From: Bacteroidota bacterium
GTDB lineage: Bacteria > Bacteroidota > Bacteroidia > Bacteroidales > GCA-2748055
Assembly: GCA_020047715.1 (NCBI GenBank)
Contig: JAIFNN010000009.1
Span: forward strand, 1 to 48,528
Length of the DNA: 48,528 nt
Direction: 5' to 3'
The notes under the pieces were generated by a model. The model was not told where the DNA came from. It saw nothing but the letters and a program-made list of their open reading frames with translations, and did no database searches. Shown here piece by piece: positions 47,235-48,528 of this stretch. Numbering within the stretch: position 1 is the first letter of the stretch; each line of letters begins with the position of its first letter. Position numbers and translations under genes: made by a program.

Positions 47235-47276
47235 TTAATTATAGTAAGAAACAGAAAGAATTTAAATTTTAAACAG

Positions 47277-47675
47277 ATGACAGATCCAATTGCAGATTAT
47301 CTTACCCGGATAAGAAACGCAGTGATGGCAAAGCACAGAGTGGTTGAAGTTCCTGCTTCAAATATCAAAAAGGATATTACAAAAATCCTTTTCGATAAAG
47401 GCTACATCCTGAATTATAAGTTTGAGGAACAAGATGGTCCCCAGGGTTTAATTAAAATAGCTCTTAAATACCATCCTGAAACTAAGACCCCTGCTATTAA
47501 AGGTATTCGAAGAATTAGTAAGCCAGGTCTCCGTAAATACACAGGAAACGATACTCTTCCAAGAGTTCTTAACGGACTCGGTATTGCAATCATTTCCACA
47601 TCACAAGGGGTAATGACCGATAAAGAAGCCCGCACTCTTAGTATTGGTGGTGAGGTTTTATGTTATGTATATTAA
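47277..47675 (+). CDS. rpsH: 30S ribosomal protein S8
   Basis: [15 protein letters not shown]. Confidence 0.98.
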   Translation: MTDPIADYLTRIRNAVMAKHRVVEVPASNIKKDITKILFDKGYILNYKFEEQDGPQGLIKIALKYHPETKTPAIKGIRRISKPGLRKYTGNDTLPRVLNGLGIAIISTSQGVMTDKEARTLSIGGEVLCYVY

Positions 47676-47690
47676 TAAAGAAAGTTATCA

Positions 47691-48245
47691 ATGTCAAGGA
47701 TTGGAATTTTACCGATAGAAATACCCGCGGGAGTAGCTGTAACCGTTAGCGACGACAATATCGTTACCGTTAAGGGCCCCAAAGGTGAGCTGAAACAGAA
47801 AGTCGACAAAGACATTACGATCAAGCTCGAAGCTAATCAGGTTCTCGTATCCCGGCCTACTGAGCAAAAACGTCACAAAGCTATGCATGGATTGTACAGA
47901 TCCCTGATAAACAACATGGTTCACGGCGTGTCAATTGGTTATAAGATCGAGCAGGAATTGGTAGGTGTAGGATACAGAGCTGAAGCTAAAGGACAAATTC
48001 TTGAGCTTAGCCTTGGATTCTCACATGATATTCACCTTCAACTTCCTGTAGAGATTTCTCTTGCAACCAAAACCGAGCGTCGCGCGAATCCCATTATTAC
48101 CATGGAAAGCGCCGATAAACAACTCATTGGTCATGTGGCTGCAAAAATCAGGTCCCTCAGGGCTCCTGAACCTTACAAAGGTAAAGGTATCAAATTTGTT
48201 GGCGAAGTATTGCGTAGAAAAGCTGGTAAATCGGCTAGTGCATAA
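47691..48245 (+). CDS. rplF: 50S ribosomal protein L6
   Basis: MSRIGILPIEIPAGV...PEPYKGKGIKF. Confidence 0.98.
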   Translation: MSRIGILPIEIPAGVAVTVSDDNIVTVKGPKGELKQKVDKDITIKLEANQVLVSRPTEQKRHKAMHGLYRSLINNMVHGVSIGYKIEQELVGVGYRAEAKGQILELSLGFSHDIHLQLPVEISLATKTERRANPIITMESADKQLIGHVAAKIRSLRAPEPYKGKGIKFVGEVLRRKAGKSASA

Positions 48246-48266
48246 TTGTTTAAATAGAATAAAAAC

Positions 48267-48528
48267 ATGTCTTTAACTAAGCTCGAAAGAAGAATAAGAA
48301 TCAAGCACAGGATTCGCAAGAGATTATCAGGCGTTGCCGAAAGACCCAGAATGTCGGTTTACAGAAGCAACAAAGAAATCTATGTGCAACTGGTTGATGA
48401 TGTACAGGGAATTACCCTTATTGCTGCCTCATCCAGAGAAAAAGATATCGCTGATAAAAAGGATATCACAAAAACTGAACAGGCTAAACTCGTTGGTAAA
48501 ATGATTGCTGAAAAAGCTGCTGCCAATG
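48267..48528 (+). CDS. rplR: 50S ribosomal protein L18 (partial, runs off the window end)
   Basis: Translation from ATG 48267 reads [45 protein letters not shown]... Operon position after rplF. Confidence 0.93.
   Translation, partial: MSLTKLERRIRIKHRIRKRLSGVAERPRMSVYRSNKEIYVQLVDDVQGITLIAASSREKDIADKKDITKTEQAKLVGKMIAEKAAAN

Overview
This is a Bacteroidota-type chromosomal segment. The assignment rests on T9SS C-terminal sorting domains, TAnnTTTG -7 promoter boxes, no Shine-Dalgarno use, and the parA-parB-DUF5683 and DUF4290-murA arrangements. Most of it is housekeeping.

- 420-7514 (+): parA, parB and a DUF5683-like gene, then a cell-wall trio of a LysM lytic transglycosylase, an SGNH protein and an MBOAT protein.
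- 17547 down to 7522 (-): a tightly packed run of grpE, dnaJ, a NatAB-like ABC pair, ppx/gppA, a sigma-54 activator, then an ArnT-like GT-C, a GT2 and a second GT-C.
- 17608-24477: a truncated orphan HepT (DUF86), a TlpA-like thioredoxin lipoprotein, an IS200-like Y1 (RAYT) transposase embedded in about 1 kb of mosaic REP-like hairpin repeats, murA, DUF4290 and a UvrD/PcrA helicase.
- 24478-29217: a low-GC accessory patch. It holds an ABC ATPase, a 437-aa polytopic membrane protein, a lipoprotein with a glycine-zipper C-terminus, a 70-aa two-TM protein and a decayed ABC ATPase remnant.
- 29218-36918: a T9SS type-B cargo, a divergent EF-G paralogue, a small membrane ORF, an FrhB-like Fe-S protein and a T9SS type-A cargo.
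- 37586 to the window end: the str/S10/spc ribosomal cluster (rpsL to a partial rplR).

I found no CRISPR array, tRNA or rRNA, and no recognisable canonical defence system. The best candidate for an undescribed system is the lipoprotein/two-TM pair with its adjacent ABC genes in the low-GC patch. That interpretation is inference from sequence features only. All family assignments come from motif recognition by eye, not database searches.
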